From: Candidatus Poribacteria bacterium | GTDB lineage: Bacteria > Poribacteria > WGA-4E > JAJDTR01 | Assembly (NCBI GenBank): GCA_965222225.1 | Contig: CBDCTK010000002.1 | Coordinates: forward strand, 5,024,001 to 5,088,000 | DNA: 64,000 nt | Direction of reading: 5' to 3' | In this document: one piece after another, positions 40,836 through 51,013 of the stretch | Position numbering within the stretch: position 1 is the first letter of the stretch | Layout: each line of letters starts with the position of its first letter | The notes under the pieces: generated by a model | Told to the model about the DNA's origin: nothing | Databases searched by the model: none | The model's input: only the letters and a program-made list of their open reading frames with translations | Program-made: the position numbers and the translations under genes

Positions 40836-41078
40836 GGATGAAGAAACACAAGAATTGACGGTTCAGTCAAATCAGCTCCGCGCATTTTGTGGCACGCTTT
40901 ATCAGAAAGCAGGATTCTCCTCAGAACATACAATGGTGATGACAGAACTACAGGTCGAAAGGGATACGGATTGGCGTTGATTATGAGCATCCTGGCGGGA
41001 TCTCTCGTTGCCGGTCAATGGGGCGCATCGGGCGGGCGGTCCGTCCGAACACTTTTTCATGGCGCGAAACGTTGCTAG
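40834..41078 (+). pseudogene. Internally deleted Ldh_2-family (malate/lactate/ureidoglycolate dehydrogenase) remnant
   Basis: N-terminus MDEETQELTVQSNQLRAFCGTLYQKAG followed out of frame by KGYGLALIMSILAGSL. Confidence 0.55.
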
Positions 41079-41201
41079 AAAACTGGTGATTGAACTTTTT
41101 GGAAGCGTGAAGAATCTAATTCGTAAGAAGGACTGATTGATTGTCGGTATCCCATGTGCCTGTAGGTGCTCGGTTATCAATTGGATTCCGGAGGAGAAGA
41201 A

Positions 41202-42053
41202 ATGGAAAATCAGAATTTTGAGCTAACCGAACAACAGATGTGTTTCTTTCGTACTTTTGGCTATCTCAGTTTCCCCGGACTGATGACTGACCGAATCGAA
41301 GAGATTGAGTGCGAGTTCGAGGCTATTTGGACAGCGCACGGGGGCGGACATAACGGCAAACCGCACGATGGTAAGGCTCGTTCGTGTATCGTTCCGTTTA
41401 TTGACCAAAGCGAGGTGCTGTGTTCTCTGTTGGACGACCCACGTATACTTGGCATTGCATCTTCAATCTTGGGCGATGACTTTAATTATACTGGTAGCGA
41501 CGGCAACTTCTACGTAGGAGAGACCGGATGGCATTCCGATGGGGCGCGAAAGCCGGAAGATCCGATGCACATCAAAATCGCGTTTTACCTCGATCCTATA
41601 ACTCGTGACACCGGAGCGCTGCGTGTCATTCCGGGTAGCCATCTCTTTGGTGATGGATATGCAGACACGTTAAGCGAGCAGATTAGGAACAGTCAAGATC
41701 TATGGGGATTACACGGGCGAAATATACCGGCGGCTGTCTTAGAGACGCAACCCGGCGACCTTGTCTTATTCAATCATAACACAAAACACGCGGCGTTTAG
41801 CGGGGGCACCCGGCGACGCATGTTCACCATGAATTTGAGTCAGCGCTATCCGGAGAATCGGTTGGACGACCTTCGTAAACAGATGGAGAATGCCGCCCGA
41901 TTTTGGATTGATCGCAAATATGGGGAGAAAATGGTGCGCACAGCCGGTCCGGAACGTATGCGACATCTGGAGCAGAACATGGCGAACGATGGGCATTTGG
42001 CAGAACTTTCTCGTCAAGCACGGGAGCGTATGAGCGAGCCGTCACGCGGATGA
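41202..42053 (+). CDS. Phytanoyl-CoA dioxygenase (PhyH) family Fe/2OG oxygenase
   Basis: FFRTFGYL, WHSD, GALRVIPGSH, PGDLVLFNHNTKH. Confidence 0.9.
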   Translation: MENQNFELTEQQMCFFRTFGYLSFPGLMTDRIEEIECEFEAIWTAHGGGHNGKPHDGKARSCIVPFIDQSEVLCSLLDDPRILGIASSILGDDFNYTGSDGNFYVGETGWHSDGARKPEDPMHIKIAFYLDPITRDTGALRVIPGSHLFGDGYADTLSEQIRNSQDLWGLHGRNIPAAVLETQPGDLVLFNHNTKHAAFSGGTRRRMFTMNLSQRYPENRLDDLRKQMENAARFWIDRKYGEKMVRTAGPERMRHLEQNMANDGHLAELSRQARERMSEPSRG

Positions 42054-42166
42054 TCGCCTCGGCTTATTCTGTAGGGAGATTACCGCCCACTATGATAATC
42101 AGGGAAATCCCCTAAATGAATTGGGAAACCCGTAGACGTGCATTGGACTCTAATGGAGGACTATTC

Positions 42167-42500
42167 GAGCCTGTCTGAAAAATGGTGGCAAAGCTATTTT
42201 CGATCGTTTTAGTGCCATGTATCTGTGGGATCCCTATCGCACGGGATTTTCTATCGCGCGCGCTATTCGCTTGCTTGATCGTTATCCACTCGTTTAATCC
42301 CCGCTGGAGCTTTGATTTTGTGGTGAATCCCAGTTACTATACACCTAGCGCTCCGCTGAGGCCTAGGCGTGCAGGGGTTCGGTGCTTCTATACATCTTTG
42401 AAGATTCCATGTGCCATTTGAGGATTACCAAGGGATTTCTACTGCGCTCACTAGAAGATCCCTATCGTGGTCGCTATTCGCTTCCTTGATCTTTCGCTTG
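42167..42500 (-). repeat. MITE-like end + REP mosaic with nested GATC elements
   Basis: GAGCCTGTCTGAAAA end; full elements at 42243-42280 and 42457-42491, each flanked by the two halves of another copy. Confidence 0.75.
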
Positions 42501-42635
42501 ATTCCTGAGAATCAGGTACGGCTGCCATGCTCTAGCACCTGTTTTGTATTGACAAAACCGGATGGGGAAGCTATACTAAATTTATTGAACGTAGATGAAA
42601 TCTGATAAAGAAATTAGCGACTGAAAGGTAACTTC

Positions 42636-43721
42636 ATGGCAACGGCAAATGGGAAGCCGGGCTTCATTCAGGCGGGTTGGCCTGTGATTGATTGTGACCT
42701 CCACAACCGATTACCGTCACTCGAAATGCTCTACCCGTACCTGCCAGACTACTGGGTAGATCATTGCAGGGATTCGGGCTTCTATGGGCCTGATGCAAAT
42801 GATTATCCGCTTGGCGCACCGACCTCAACGCGACCCGGAATTACGGAGCCTTCAGAAGACCGCCCCGCATCAGATTTGGCTCTCCTACGCGAACATGCCC
42901 TAGACGCCTGGGACGTAGATTGTGGCATACTTACCTGCGCATATCGCGTACAGAGCGTACACAATGAAGACCTCGCAGCAGCGCTTGCCTCTGCGGTCAA
43001 TGATTGGCAGATTGAACATTGGCTAAATCCTGAGCCGCGGCTCAAGGCTTCTCTGATTGTACCGAGCCAGAATCCGGAGCTGGCAGCGCGAGAAATCGAT
43101 CGGTTGGGCAATCACCCGGGCTTTGTGCAGGTGATGCTGCCGGTGCGCTCGCAGGCGCCCTACGGCAACAGACGTTACCATCCTATTTATGCCGCCGCTT
43201 GTAGGCATGACCTTGTGGTCGGCATCCATTACGGCGGCGCACCCGGTTTGCCTCCAACCTCCGTTGGTTGGCCCTCAACCTATCTGGAAGAATATGTGGG
43301 CATGTCACAGGTGTTTCAAGCGCAGGTGCTCAGTTTGGTGTCGGAGGGAGCTTTTGACCAGTTCCCCGATTTGCGCGTGGCGTTGATTGAGGGAGGCTTC
43401 ACATGGATGCCGTCGCTAATGTGGCGGTTTGACAAGGACTGGCGCGGCTTGCGACGGTTGACGCCGTGGGTCAAACGACTGCCATCCGAATATATCCGTG
43501 AACACATCCGCCTGACACTCCAGCCAATTGATTCGCCTCCAACCGCGGAACAGTTGCTTCAGATTATCGGGCAGCTCGATTCGGAGGACCTATTGATGTT
43601 CTCGACAGACTACCCTCATTGGCACTTTGACGCTCCTGAAGAGGCCTTTCCGTCGAAGATACCCAAGACATTGGCTCGCAAGATTCTATCTGAAAATGCG
43701 AGGGAATTTTACCGGCTTTGA
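42636..43721 (+). CDS. Amidohydrolase_2-fold protein (possible dinuclear oxygenase subunit)
   Basis: IDCDLH, AVNDWQIEHWL, GIH, IEGGF, FSTDYPHW. Confidence 0.88.
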   Translation: MATANGKPGFIQAGWPVIDCDLHNRLPSLEMLYPYLPDYWVDHCRDSGFYGPDANDYPLGAPTSTRPGITEPSEDRPASDLALLREHALDAWDVDCGILTCAYRVQSVHNEDLAAALASAVNDWQIEHWLNPEPRLKASLIVPSQNPELAAREIDRLGNHPGFVQVMLPVRSQAPYGNRRYHPIYAAACRHDLVVGIHYGGAPGLPPTSVGWPSTYLEEYVGMSQVFQAQVLSLVSEGAFDQFPDLRVALIEGGFTWMPSLMWRFDKDWRGLRRLTPWVKRLPSEYIREHIRLTLQPIDSPPTAEQLLQIIGQLDSEDLLMFSTDYPHWHFDAPEEAFPSKIPKTLARKILSENAREFYRL

Positions 43722-43832
43722 AAGCACTAAAGAGAAGTGACGCCGTTGCGGTTGTTAAGGTGAATCTGGTTAAGCATCTCAAATTAGGGTTTTTGTGGTT
43801 TGTTGATTTTTTTGCTGGGCAGGTATGTGGTT

Positions 43833-44578
43833 ATGAATCAGGAATTTGAAAAGAGTCCGAAACTTCAGAAGTGGCTGCATTGGATGGAGACGATTCGTAA
43901 CGAGATTTCGGGGCTCCTTCGCGACGAAAGCATGTTTTTGGAAATCCAGGACATTATCCGTGAGAATCCACGGATGCGCAAACCTAATGTTTTCTATGGC
44001 TATCTTCGAAGGACATACCTTTCTCATGCACTAGCAGGATTACGTCGGCAAATCAAACCGCATAAAGATAGCATATCCTTAGTGGGACTGCTTGAGGAGT
44101 TTGCAAAGAACCCCGAAGAATTGTCTTTTAGGTATTATTGCTCCATCCTGTCTGAACCTGCTGCCGGCCAAGGGAGTCTATGACCAAAGAAGATTTCAAA
44201 CAGTATGCAGACCCTAATGAACAGCATGTATGTCCAAAGATGATTGAGGCCGATTTGGGGAGTTTCAAATTTGCAATAGGAGTTGCTGAGGAGTATGTTG
44301 ATAAACGTATTGCGCATTGGGATAAGAGCGAGCCAGAACTCGTACCAACTTCCAGCGAAACCAGCCAGTGCTTTTATTTGCTCGAAATGGCGTACGTTAA
44401 ATACCATCTACTGTTTTATGCGAAAAGGCTCGACACGTTGACGCCAATCTATCAACACAACTGGAAGGATATTTTCCTTGAACCGTGGATAAAAACTGGA
44501 TTTGGGAGTGCAAAAGGACGCATTCATGTAGCTGAAGATTTTGACGCTGAATTACCTGAGTTCAGTGAGGACATATAA
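43833..44578 (+). pseudogene. AbiU2/HEPN-like protein split into two overlapping ORFs
   Basis: ORFs 43833-44183 and 44180-44578; LRRQ..KDSISL in the first half and YVDKRIAH in the second. Confidence 0.5.
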
Positions 44579-44599
44579 CGACTAACAACTGCTGAGAAA

Positions 44600-45691
44600 A
44601 TGGACACTGATGCCGTACAATTGAATACAACGCCAAAACGACGAAAGTTGCCAATCATCGATTGCGATGTACATAACACCCTAGCGTCAGATAAGGTGCT
44701 GTATCCCTATTTGTCAAAGCGGTGGCTTAGACATCACGAAATGCTGGAGACGCCCGATAAAGTCGGGGGATATATTGCTCGCGGTATGCCGTACGGCGCC
44801 CGGAACGACGCATGGCCGCCCTCCGGGGAACGTCCGGGCTCCGACTTAAACTTTCTTCGGGAACAGTTGCTAGACCTCTGGGATATTGAGGTCGGAATCC
44901 TGAATTGTCTTACCGCCGTGCCCGACATGCCCAATCTGGAGTACGCCGCAGCGTTCGCACGGGCGGTGAATGACTGGCAGATTGATAAGTGGCTGGAACC
45001 CGAACCGCGCCTGAGGGCGTCGATTACTGTTGTCTGCGATGATGGTGAATTGGCGGCTGAGGAAATCAACCGACTAGGCGATAACCCCGGCTTTGTGCAG
45101 GTGTTGGTACTTGCGCGTACAATGGAGCCCTTGGGGCGCCGGAAATACTGGAAGATGTATGAGGCTGCGGGAGGTCACAATCTTCCGATTGGCATCCATT
45201 TCACCGGCGTTGGAGCGGGGCCAATCACTGCTGTCGGCAGTCCTTCACACTACATCGAAGACCATACGGGGATGACGCAGGCGTTTCAGACGCAGGTCAC
45301 GAGTTTGGTGTGCGAGGGCGTTTTCGAGCACTTCCCAACGCTCAAGATTGTTTTGATTGAAGCTGGCTTTGGTTGGTTGCCGCCACTGATGTGGCGACTT
45401 GACCGCGCCTGGAAGAAGTTGAGTGATGAAGTGCCATATTTAAGGCGGTTGCCATCGGAGTATATTCATGACCATTTCTGGATGACAACGCAGCCAGTGG
45501 AGGAACCGTCCAAACAGGAGTATTTTCAGCAGTTGATCGCTAACATCAATGCAGATGAAAAACTGATGTTTGCTACTGACTACCCGCATTGGGATTTTGA
45601 TTCACCGGAGTATGCCATTCCCAAGAACCTATCGCCGGATCTAAGATGGAAAATCATGGCGGAGAATGCTCGAAACTTCTATCGCTTTTGA
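44600..45691 (+). CDS. Amidohydrolase_2-fold protein (possible dinuclear oxygenase subunit)
   Basis: IDCDVH, HYIEDH, FATDYPHWDFD. Confidence 0.88.
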   Translation: MDTDAVQLNTTPKRRKLPIIDCDVHNTLASDKVLYPYLSKRWLRHHEMLETPDKVGGYIARGMPYGARNDAWPPSGERPGSDLNFLREQLLDLWDIEVGILNCLTAVPDMPNLEYAAAFARAVNDWQIDKWLEPEPRLRASITVVCDDGELAAEEINRLGDNPGFVQVLVLARTMEPLGRRKYWKMYEAAGGHNLPIGIHFTGVGAGPITAVGSPSHYIEDHTGMTQAFQTQVTSLVCEGVFEHFPTLKIVLIEAGFGWLPPLMWRLDRAWKKLSDEVPYLRRLPSEYIHDHFWMTTQPVEEPSKQEYFQQLIANINADEKLMFATDYPHWDFDSPEYAIPKNLSPDLRWKIMAENARNFYRF

Positions 45692-45827
45692 TGACAATTA
45701 TTTCCCATAATATCAGTACATCGCTCAACATGAATTGGCACACAGAGACCAGATTAATGAGTTACTCGGCAGAAACTTTTCTCGTTTAAGTAGGTTGATT
45801 GAAGGTTGAACCAAGGAGGACAGAAAG

Positions 45828-46916
45828 ATGGCGGCAACTGAGACACACACGAATCCATCGGCAACCCGACGGAAAATGCCCGTAATTGATTGTGACATTC
45901 ACAATGCCGTACCTTCGCACAAGGCGCTGCACCCGTATATGTCAGAGCGTTGGCGAAGGCATCTTGAAATGGTGGGGACCCCCGCTCGAAATGGCTCTTA
46001 TATCCCGCGTGGCGTGCCATACGCGGCTAGAAAGGATGCCTGGCCCCCTTCCGGCAAAGCGCCCGGTTCGGACCTGAAGTTCATGCAAGATCAGCTGCTT
46101 GACCACTGGAACATCGAATATGGGGTTCTAAACTGTTTAATCTTCCAAGATATGCGCAGCGTGGAATTCAATGCCGCGCTGTCGCGCGCAGTTAACGACT
46201 GGCAAATCGAGGAATGGATCAAGCCCGACCCAAGGCTGAGAGCGTCAATCTTGGTTCCGTTTGAAGATGGCGACCTGGCCGCGGATGAAATTGATCGGCT
46301 TGGAGCTCACCCGGGGTTTGTGCAAGTCCTACTCGTCGCTCGCACGATGGAACCCCTTGGAAGGCGCCGCTATTGGAAGATTTACGAGGCGGCGGTGCGA
46401 CATGACCTTACGATTGGGATTCACTTCGGCGGCCTCGGTGTTGGTTCAATCACCTCTGCAGGCAAACCTTCACACTACATTGAAGACCATGCGGGGATGT
46501 GCCAAGTGTTTCAGACGCAAGTGACCAGTTTAGTGTGCGAGGGGGTCTTCGAACACTTTCCTACGCTTAAGGTGGTGCTAATCGAAGGAGGATTTGCTTG
46601 GTTGCCACCACTGATGTGGCGGCTTGAGCGCTCTTGGAAAATGCTGAGGGAGGAAGTTCCGTATTTGAAACGCTCCCCGTCAGAATATATTCGTGAGCAT
46701 TTCTGGCTAAGCACGCAGCCGATGGAAGAACCACCCAAGCAGGAATATTTTCAGCAGTTGCTTGAGCATATCAACGCCGATGAAAAATTGATGTTCGCAA
46801 CAGACTATCCACACTGGGACTTTGATTCGCCGGGCCATGCGCTTCCCAAGAACCTAAACCCCAATTTGAGGCGGCGAATCATGGCTGAGAATGCTCGTGC
46901 CCTGTACCAATTCTAA
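45828..46916 (+). CDS. Amidohydrolase_2-fold protein, close paralog of 44600-45691
   Basis: IDCDIH, HYIEDH, FATDYPHWDFD; AAGGAGG RBS. Confidence 0.88.
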   Translation: MAATETHTNPSATRRKMPVIDCDIHNAVPSHKALHPYMSERWRRHLEMVGTPARNGSYIPRGVPYAARKDAWPPSGKAPGSDLKFMQDQLLDHWNIEYGVLNCLIFQDMRSVEFNAALSRAVNDWQIEEWIKPDPRLRASILVPFEDGDLAADEIDRLGAHPGFVQVLLVARTMEPLGRRRYWKIYEAAVRHDLTIGIHFGGLGVGSITSAGKPSHYIEDHAGMCQVFQTQVTSLVCEGVFEHFPTLKVVLIEGGFAWLPPLMWRLERSWKMLREEVPYLKRSPSEYIREHFWLSTQPMEEPPKQEYFQQLLEHINADEKLMFATDYPHWDFDSPGHALPKNLNPNLRRRIMAENARALYQF

Positions 46917-47038
46917 ATAAATCGATGCACCAGCCCTGAATGAAAAGTGTATATATGCCGATCTGGCACGTTGATTGTCGTTATCATGGCTGAGTCGCAA
47001 AATACTAAGCTCACTGGATTACACTAATAAACGCGCTT

Positions 47039-47491
47039 ATGGCAAAGCATGTAGTTGCAACCGTTGACGAAATCCCGCCGGGTGAACGGAAGATTGTGGA
47101 GATTGACGGGAGAGTCGTCGGCGTTTTCAACATTGACGGCGAGTTTTATGCACTTCGCAATAATTGTCCACATACCGGAGGGCCTCTCTGTGAGGGGCAT
47201 CTCACTGGATTCCTGAAGTCTGACGTGCCGGGAGAATACGAATATGTTCGAAAAGGCGAAATCTTGCGGTGTCCTTGGCATGGCTGGGAATTTGATGTCA
47301 AAACGGGGCAATCCTGGTGGAGCCCGGCGAGAAGACGTGCGCGAAAATACAAGGTCAGTGTTGAATCAGGACCGCCCCCTTGTAGCGAGGGTGCAGATAG
47401 TGAGGGTATAACACTTGAAAAGGGGCCATACGCGGCTGAAACCTATTCCGCCTCGGTTGACGAGAAGTATGTGGTGGTAGAGATCCCCTAA
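47039..47491 (+). CDS. Rieske [2Fe-2S] ferredoxin
   Basis: CPHTGGPLC...CPWHGWEFD. Confidence 0.9.
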   Translation: MAKHVVATVDEIPPGERKIVEIDGRVVGVFNIDGEFYALRNNCPHTGGPLCEGHLTGFLKSDVPGEYEYVRKGEILRCPWHGWEFDVKTGQSWWSPARRRARKYKVSVESGPPPCSEGADSEGITLEKGPYAAETYSASVDEKYVVVEIP

Positions 47492-47800
47492 ACAGCGGAG
47501 CGCACCATTATGCGCTCAGCGCAGTTTCGTTCGCTCTTTGATGGGGTGATAGTCGAAAAGCCAACACCTACCCCAGCGGAAAGAGATTATCAGACAGGCA
47601 CCGGAGCGCAATAATCGGCGCACGCTCCGATTGTTCGGTGTTGATGATTTGCTTTTCAGTGTTTCCTACTTGTCTATAGTCATTTACATTCATATTTACA
47701 CATATTGCGGTATACAGGCAAGTGAACGGCTAGTCGGACGCGAGATGAAAAGAACGGAAATGTTCGATTTGACGACAGAAGATTGTTACAACAAACCCAC

Positions 47801-47981
47801 TGTAGGAGATCAAGCGAACGAATAGTGAGTGCGATAGAGATCTTCTCGAGGTCGCGACTTCTTATCGCGAGCAGAGCTCGCTCCTACAGGAGACGCACAA
47901 TAAAGGGATTTCTATCGTCCTCGCTGTTCGCTCGGTTAATCTATTCGCTCCATTGATCGTTCGGTTGATCGCTACTACAAA
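47801..47981. repeat. Inverted REP pair with GATC elements (47808-47843 on +; 47905-47970 on -, stuttered)
   Basis: TGTAGGA-[GATCAAGCGAACGAATAGTGAGTGCGATAGAGATC]; GCGAGCAGAGCTCGCTCCTACA; homologous to 21147-21234. Confidence 0.8.
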
Positions 47982-48220
47982 CCGCACAACGTATGTCCCG
48001 ATTGTATAATTCTTAGTTGCAATGACTATAATTCGTAAAAAGAGATACCGATGTAGGAAGCAATACATATGTAGGAAATTACGATTGTCATTCCCTACGA
48101 GAGCCCCAATCATAAGGTTATCCCAGAGAATTGTCACTTCTGCTTTTTGCGCAGGTCTTGTTGTAAATGCAAGGGCAGATGTCGTCTTTATACCATTGAA
48201 CAGTGAGTAGGTTAGAGTCT

Positions 48221-49309
48221 ATGAAAGCTGCCGTGTTGTATGATGTCCACACACCTTTGAAAATTGAGGAGTTTGATGCGCCTGAGGTGACTCAAGGTAT
48301 GGTCGGGGTAAGATTGTGCGCTAGCGGTGTGTGTCATTCCGATTGGCATGTCGTCAAGGGTGATTGGCCATTTATCCAGCTTCCGGTTATTCTCGGTCAC
48401 GAGGGAGCGGGCATCGTTGAAGAGGTCGGCAACGGCGTGACGGGTGTCGCTGAAGGAGACCATGTTATTCTGGCTTGGAAACGGAGCTGCGGCTACTGCG
48501 AAATGTGCCAAGAGGGTTTTTCAAATCTCTGCAGCGTTGATCCGGATAATAGCCGCCGTCCACAGTTTAAAGGGCGCGACGAAACCGTGAGCAAGTTGGC
48601 GGGATTAGGCACGTTTAGCACTTACACTGTCGTGCCTCAGGATGTGGTTGTTCCCATAGCTAAAGATTGCCCTCTAGCACAGGCAGCATTGATTGGTTGC
48701 GGCGTTATGACGGGTGTCGGCGCTGTTATCAATACGGCTAAGGTACCACCGGGAAAATCAGTAGCCATCTTCGGCTGCGGAGGAGTGGGATTAAATTGCA
48801 TTCAAGGCGCTGTCTTGGCGAATGCGGAGCCAATCATCGCTGTCGACATTCTCGACAACAAGCTGACGATGGCAAAAGAGTTTGGAGCGACCCACACCAT
48901 AAATTCGTCCAGAGAAAATCCCGTTGAGCGTATCAAGGAAATCACAGGTGGTCCCGGTGCCCACTATGCGTTCGAGGCAATCGGTCTGACAGGCAAACCG
49001 TTCTTGCAGACAATTCAGTGTACTCGACGCCGTGGTGTAACCGTCTTTATCGGACATGCCCCTGTGGACACTCCAGTTGAGATTGATGCGCGCATATTGA
49101 TGTTTGAGAAGTCCGTGATTGGCTCCTACTACGGTACAGCACGCACCCATGTGGACTTTAATCGGCTGCTTAGCTTGTACCGAGCAGGGAAACTCAAACT
49201 GGATGAACTGGTCACGCGAACCTATCCGCTGGAGGGGATTAACGACGCTTTTGATGCCCTCGAAAAGGGAGAGGTGGCACGGAGTGTGTTAGATTTGTCG
49301 CAGGCATAA
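48221..49309 (+). CDS. Zn-dependent alcohol dehydrogenase (class III-like)
   Basis: GVCHSD, GHEGAG, CGYCEMC...C, GCGGVG. Confidence 0.92.
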   Translation: MKAAVLYDVHTPLKIEEFDAPEVTQGMVGVRLCASGVCHSDWHVVKGDWPFIQLPVILGHEGAGIVEEVGNGVTGVAEGDHVILAWKRSCGYCEMCQEGFSNLCSVDPDNSRRPQFKGRDETVSKLAGLGTFSTYTVVPQDVVVPIAKDCPLAQAALIGCGVMTGVGAVINTAKVPPGKSVAIFGCGGVGLNCIQGAVLANAEPIIAVDILDNKLTMAKEFGATHTINSSRENPVERIKEITGGPGAHYAFEAIGLTGKPFLQTIQCTRRRGVTVFIGHAPVDTPVEIDARILMFEKSVIGSYYGTARTHVDFNRLLSLYRAGKLKLDELVTRTYPLEGINDAFDALEKGEVARSVLDLSQA

Positions 49310-49559
49310 GGTTAAACGTTAAGTTGAATCTATTGTAGAGCTTCAGATAAACGTAGTCAATAAATTCTCCGAATGGCTTGAATCCGTGCACTATGTGGGT
49401 TCAAGCCGTTTTTCTTTGCGTCAGATTTCATCAATGCTTCCGTGGGAGCATGCAAAGATTATCAGTCAATAAAAGGGTTAAAAACGCTGTCACCCCTGTG
49501 ACATTGCCATATCCCTTGGTTAGTTTTCGAAGGTTTTCCGGCACATTGAGAACCTGTAA

Positions 49560-49805
49560 GAACCTGTTTGAATAATCGATAGGAAAGCCATTTTTGGTCA
49601 TTTGTGGGAAGTTCTTCCATGTCTTAATTGTTGCCTGCTACGTACCTGTCGCCCCGCTGGGGCTTAGGTGCACGGGGTTTTGGCGTTTCTATACACCTTC
49701 ATGGATCTCTATCGCAGTCGCTATTCGCTCCCTTGATCCCACTCTGGGGCTTTTAGAGGCTGGTGCGCAGTGCGCACCCTACAAATGTACTTTTCAAACA
49801 GGCTC
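49560..49805. mobile_element. MITE-like element (246 bp) carrying REP hairpins and one GATC element (49703-49738)
   Basis: TIRs GAACCTGTTTGAA / TTCAAACAGGCTC, flanked by TAA on both sides (possible 3-bp target duplication). Confidence 0.65.
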
Positions 49806-49843
49806 TAAACCTATTTTGAATTGGTGCATTACGAAGGGTATTT

Positions 49844-50995
49844 ATGCGTTATTGGAACCGTGATTTTCGTCTGTTGGCTTGTGGTGTCTTTGGCGTAGGC
49901 GCATTTTTCGGAATCCTAAATCCACTCTTTAACAACTTCATCGTAGACCAGATTGGAATCCAGCCTCATGAATTGGGCTACATGGAATCGTTGCGAGAGG
50001 TGCCCGGATTTCTCAACGCTCTCTTCACCGCTATAATCATCTACCTGGCGCCGCCCATTGTTGGCGGTTTGGCTCTGATTGTGATGGGGATTGGCATGGC
50101 AGCCTATTCTCAAGTCAACAGTTTTTCCGGAATCGTTGTTTTATCGTTCGTATGGAGCATCGGATTTCATGCGTGGTTGCCGTTGCGGTCAGCCATGACG
50201 CTCGACTATTCAACCGGCGAAGAGAAAGGAAAATGGTTTGGGCAGTTGCGGAGTGTGGAAAGTTTTGCTACGTTGGCGATGATTGGATTGTGTTTGTTCG
50301 CAACAGATCTGTTTGAATTTGGAGGGTTCTTCCAGATAGGAGGTGATATCGTTGCTGTCGGAGGCATCGCACTGCTTTTCGCGTCTCGGCGGTTACAGAC
50401 CGAGCGCGAAAACAGATTTGTACTCCGAAAAAAGTATTGGCTTTACTACCTGCTTTCCTTACTGGATGGAAGTCGGCGACAGATTTTTACGACGTTCGCA
50501 ATTTTTGCACTCGTCAAGGTGTTCGGTACCGATCGAGGCGTCATTATCAAACTCGTTCTAATCAATCAAGTGGTCGTTCTGCTCTTCTCGCCCACAATCG
50601 GCAGACTGGTGGACAAGTTGGGTGAGCGAACCATATTGAGCATTAGCTATGTGGGATTATTCTTCGTGTTCATCGGTTACGCAACACTTAGAAACGTTAC
50701 GCATCTGTATGTGCTCTACTGCATCGATAATTTCCTGTTTGTTGGTCGGATTGCTTTTATGACCTACTTGAATAAGATTACGCCGCCGCAAGATCTCAAG
50801 CCAACGCTCGCCATGGGCGTGACCATGAATCACGTCGCGGCGGTGAGTGTTCCGCTCATCGGAGGTCTGGCGTGGGAGTCATTTGGCTATCAAATTATCT
50901 TCATTGGCGGCGCCGTTTTTACTTTGATTTCGCTAATTTGTACGCAGTGGATGCGGGCAGGAGGAGGGCCTAGGAAGTTGGATCGGTCTAAGTAA
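49844..50995 (+). CDS. MFS transporter
   Basis: About 12 TM segments; GRLVDKLGER motif A. Confidence 0.88.
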   Translation: MRYWNRDFRLLACGVFGVGAFFGILNPLFNNFIVDQIGIQPHELGYMESLREVPGFLNALFTAIIIYLAPPIVGGLALIVMGIGMAAYSQVNSFSGIVVLSFVWSIGFHAWLPLRSAMTLDYSTGEEKGKWFGQLRSVESFATLAMIGLCLFATDLFEFGGFFQIGGDIVAVGGIALLFASRRLQTERENRFVLRKKYWLYYLLSLLDGSRRQIFTTFAIFALVKVFGTDRGVIIKLVLINQVVVLLFSPTIGRLVDKLGERTILSISYVGLFFVFIGYATLRNVTHLYVLYCIDNFLFVGRIAFMTYLNKITPPQDLKPTLAMGVTMNHVAAVSVPLIGGLAWESFGYQIIFIGGAVFTLISLICTQWMRAGGGPRKLDRSK

Positions 50996-51013
50996 CCCAA
51001 TCGGTTTGTTGTC

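Noticed and set aside
47495-47632. ncRNA or tRNA from GAGCGCA hairpins
   Set aside because: No cloverleaf or recognisable family; more likely a terminator or REP-like hairpin.
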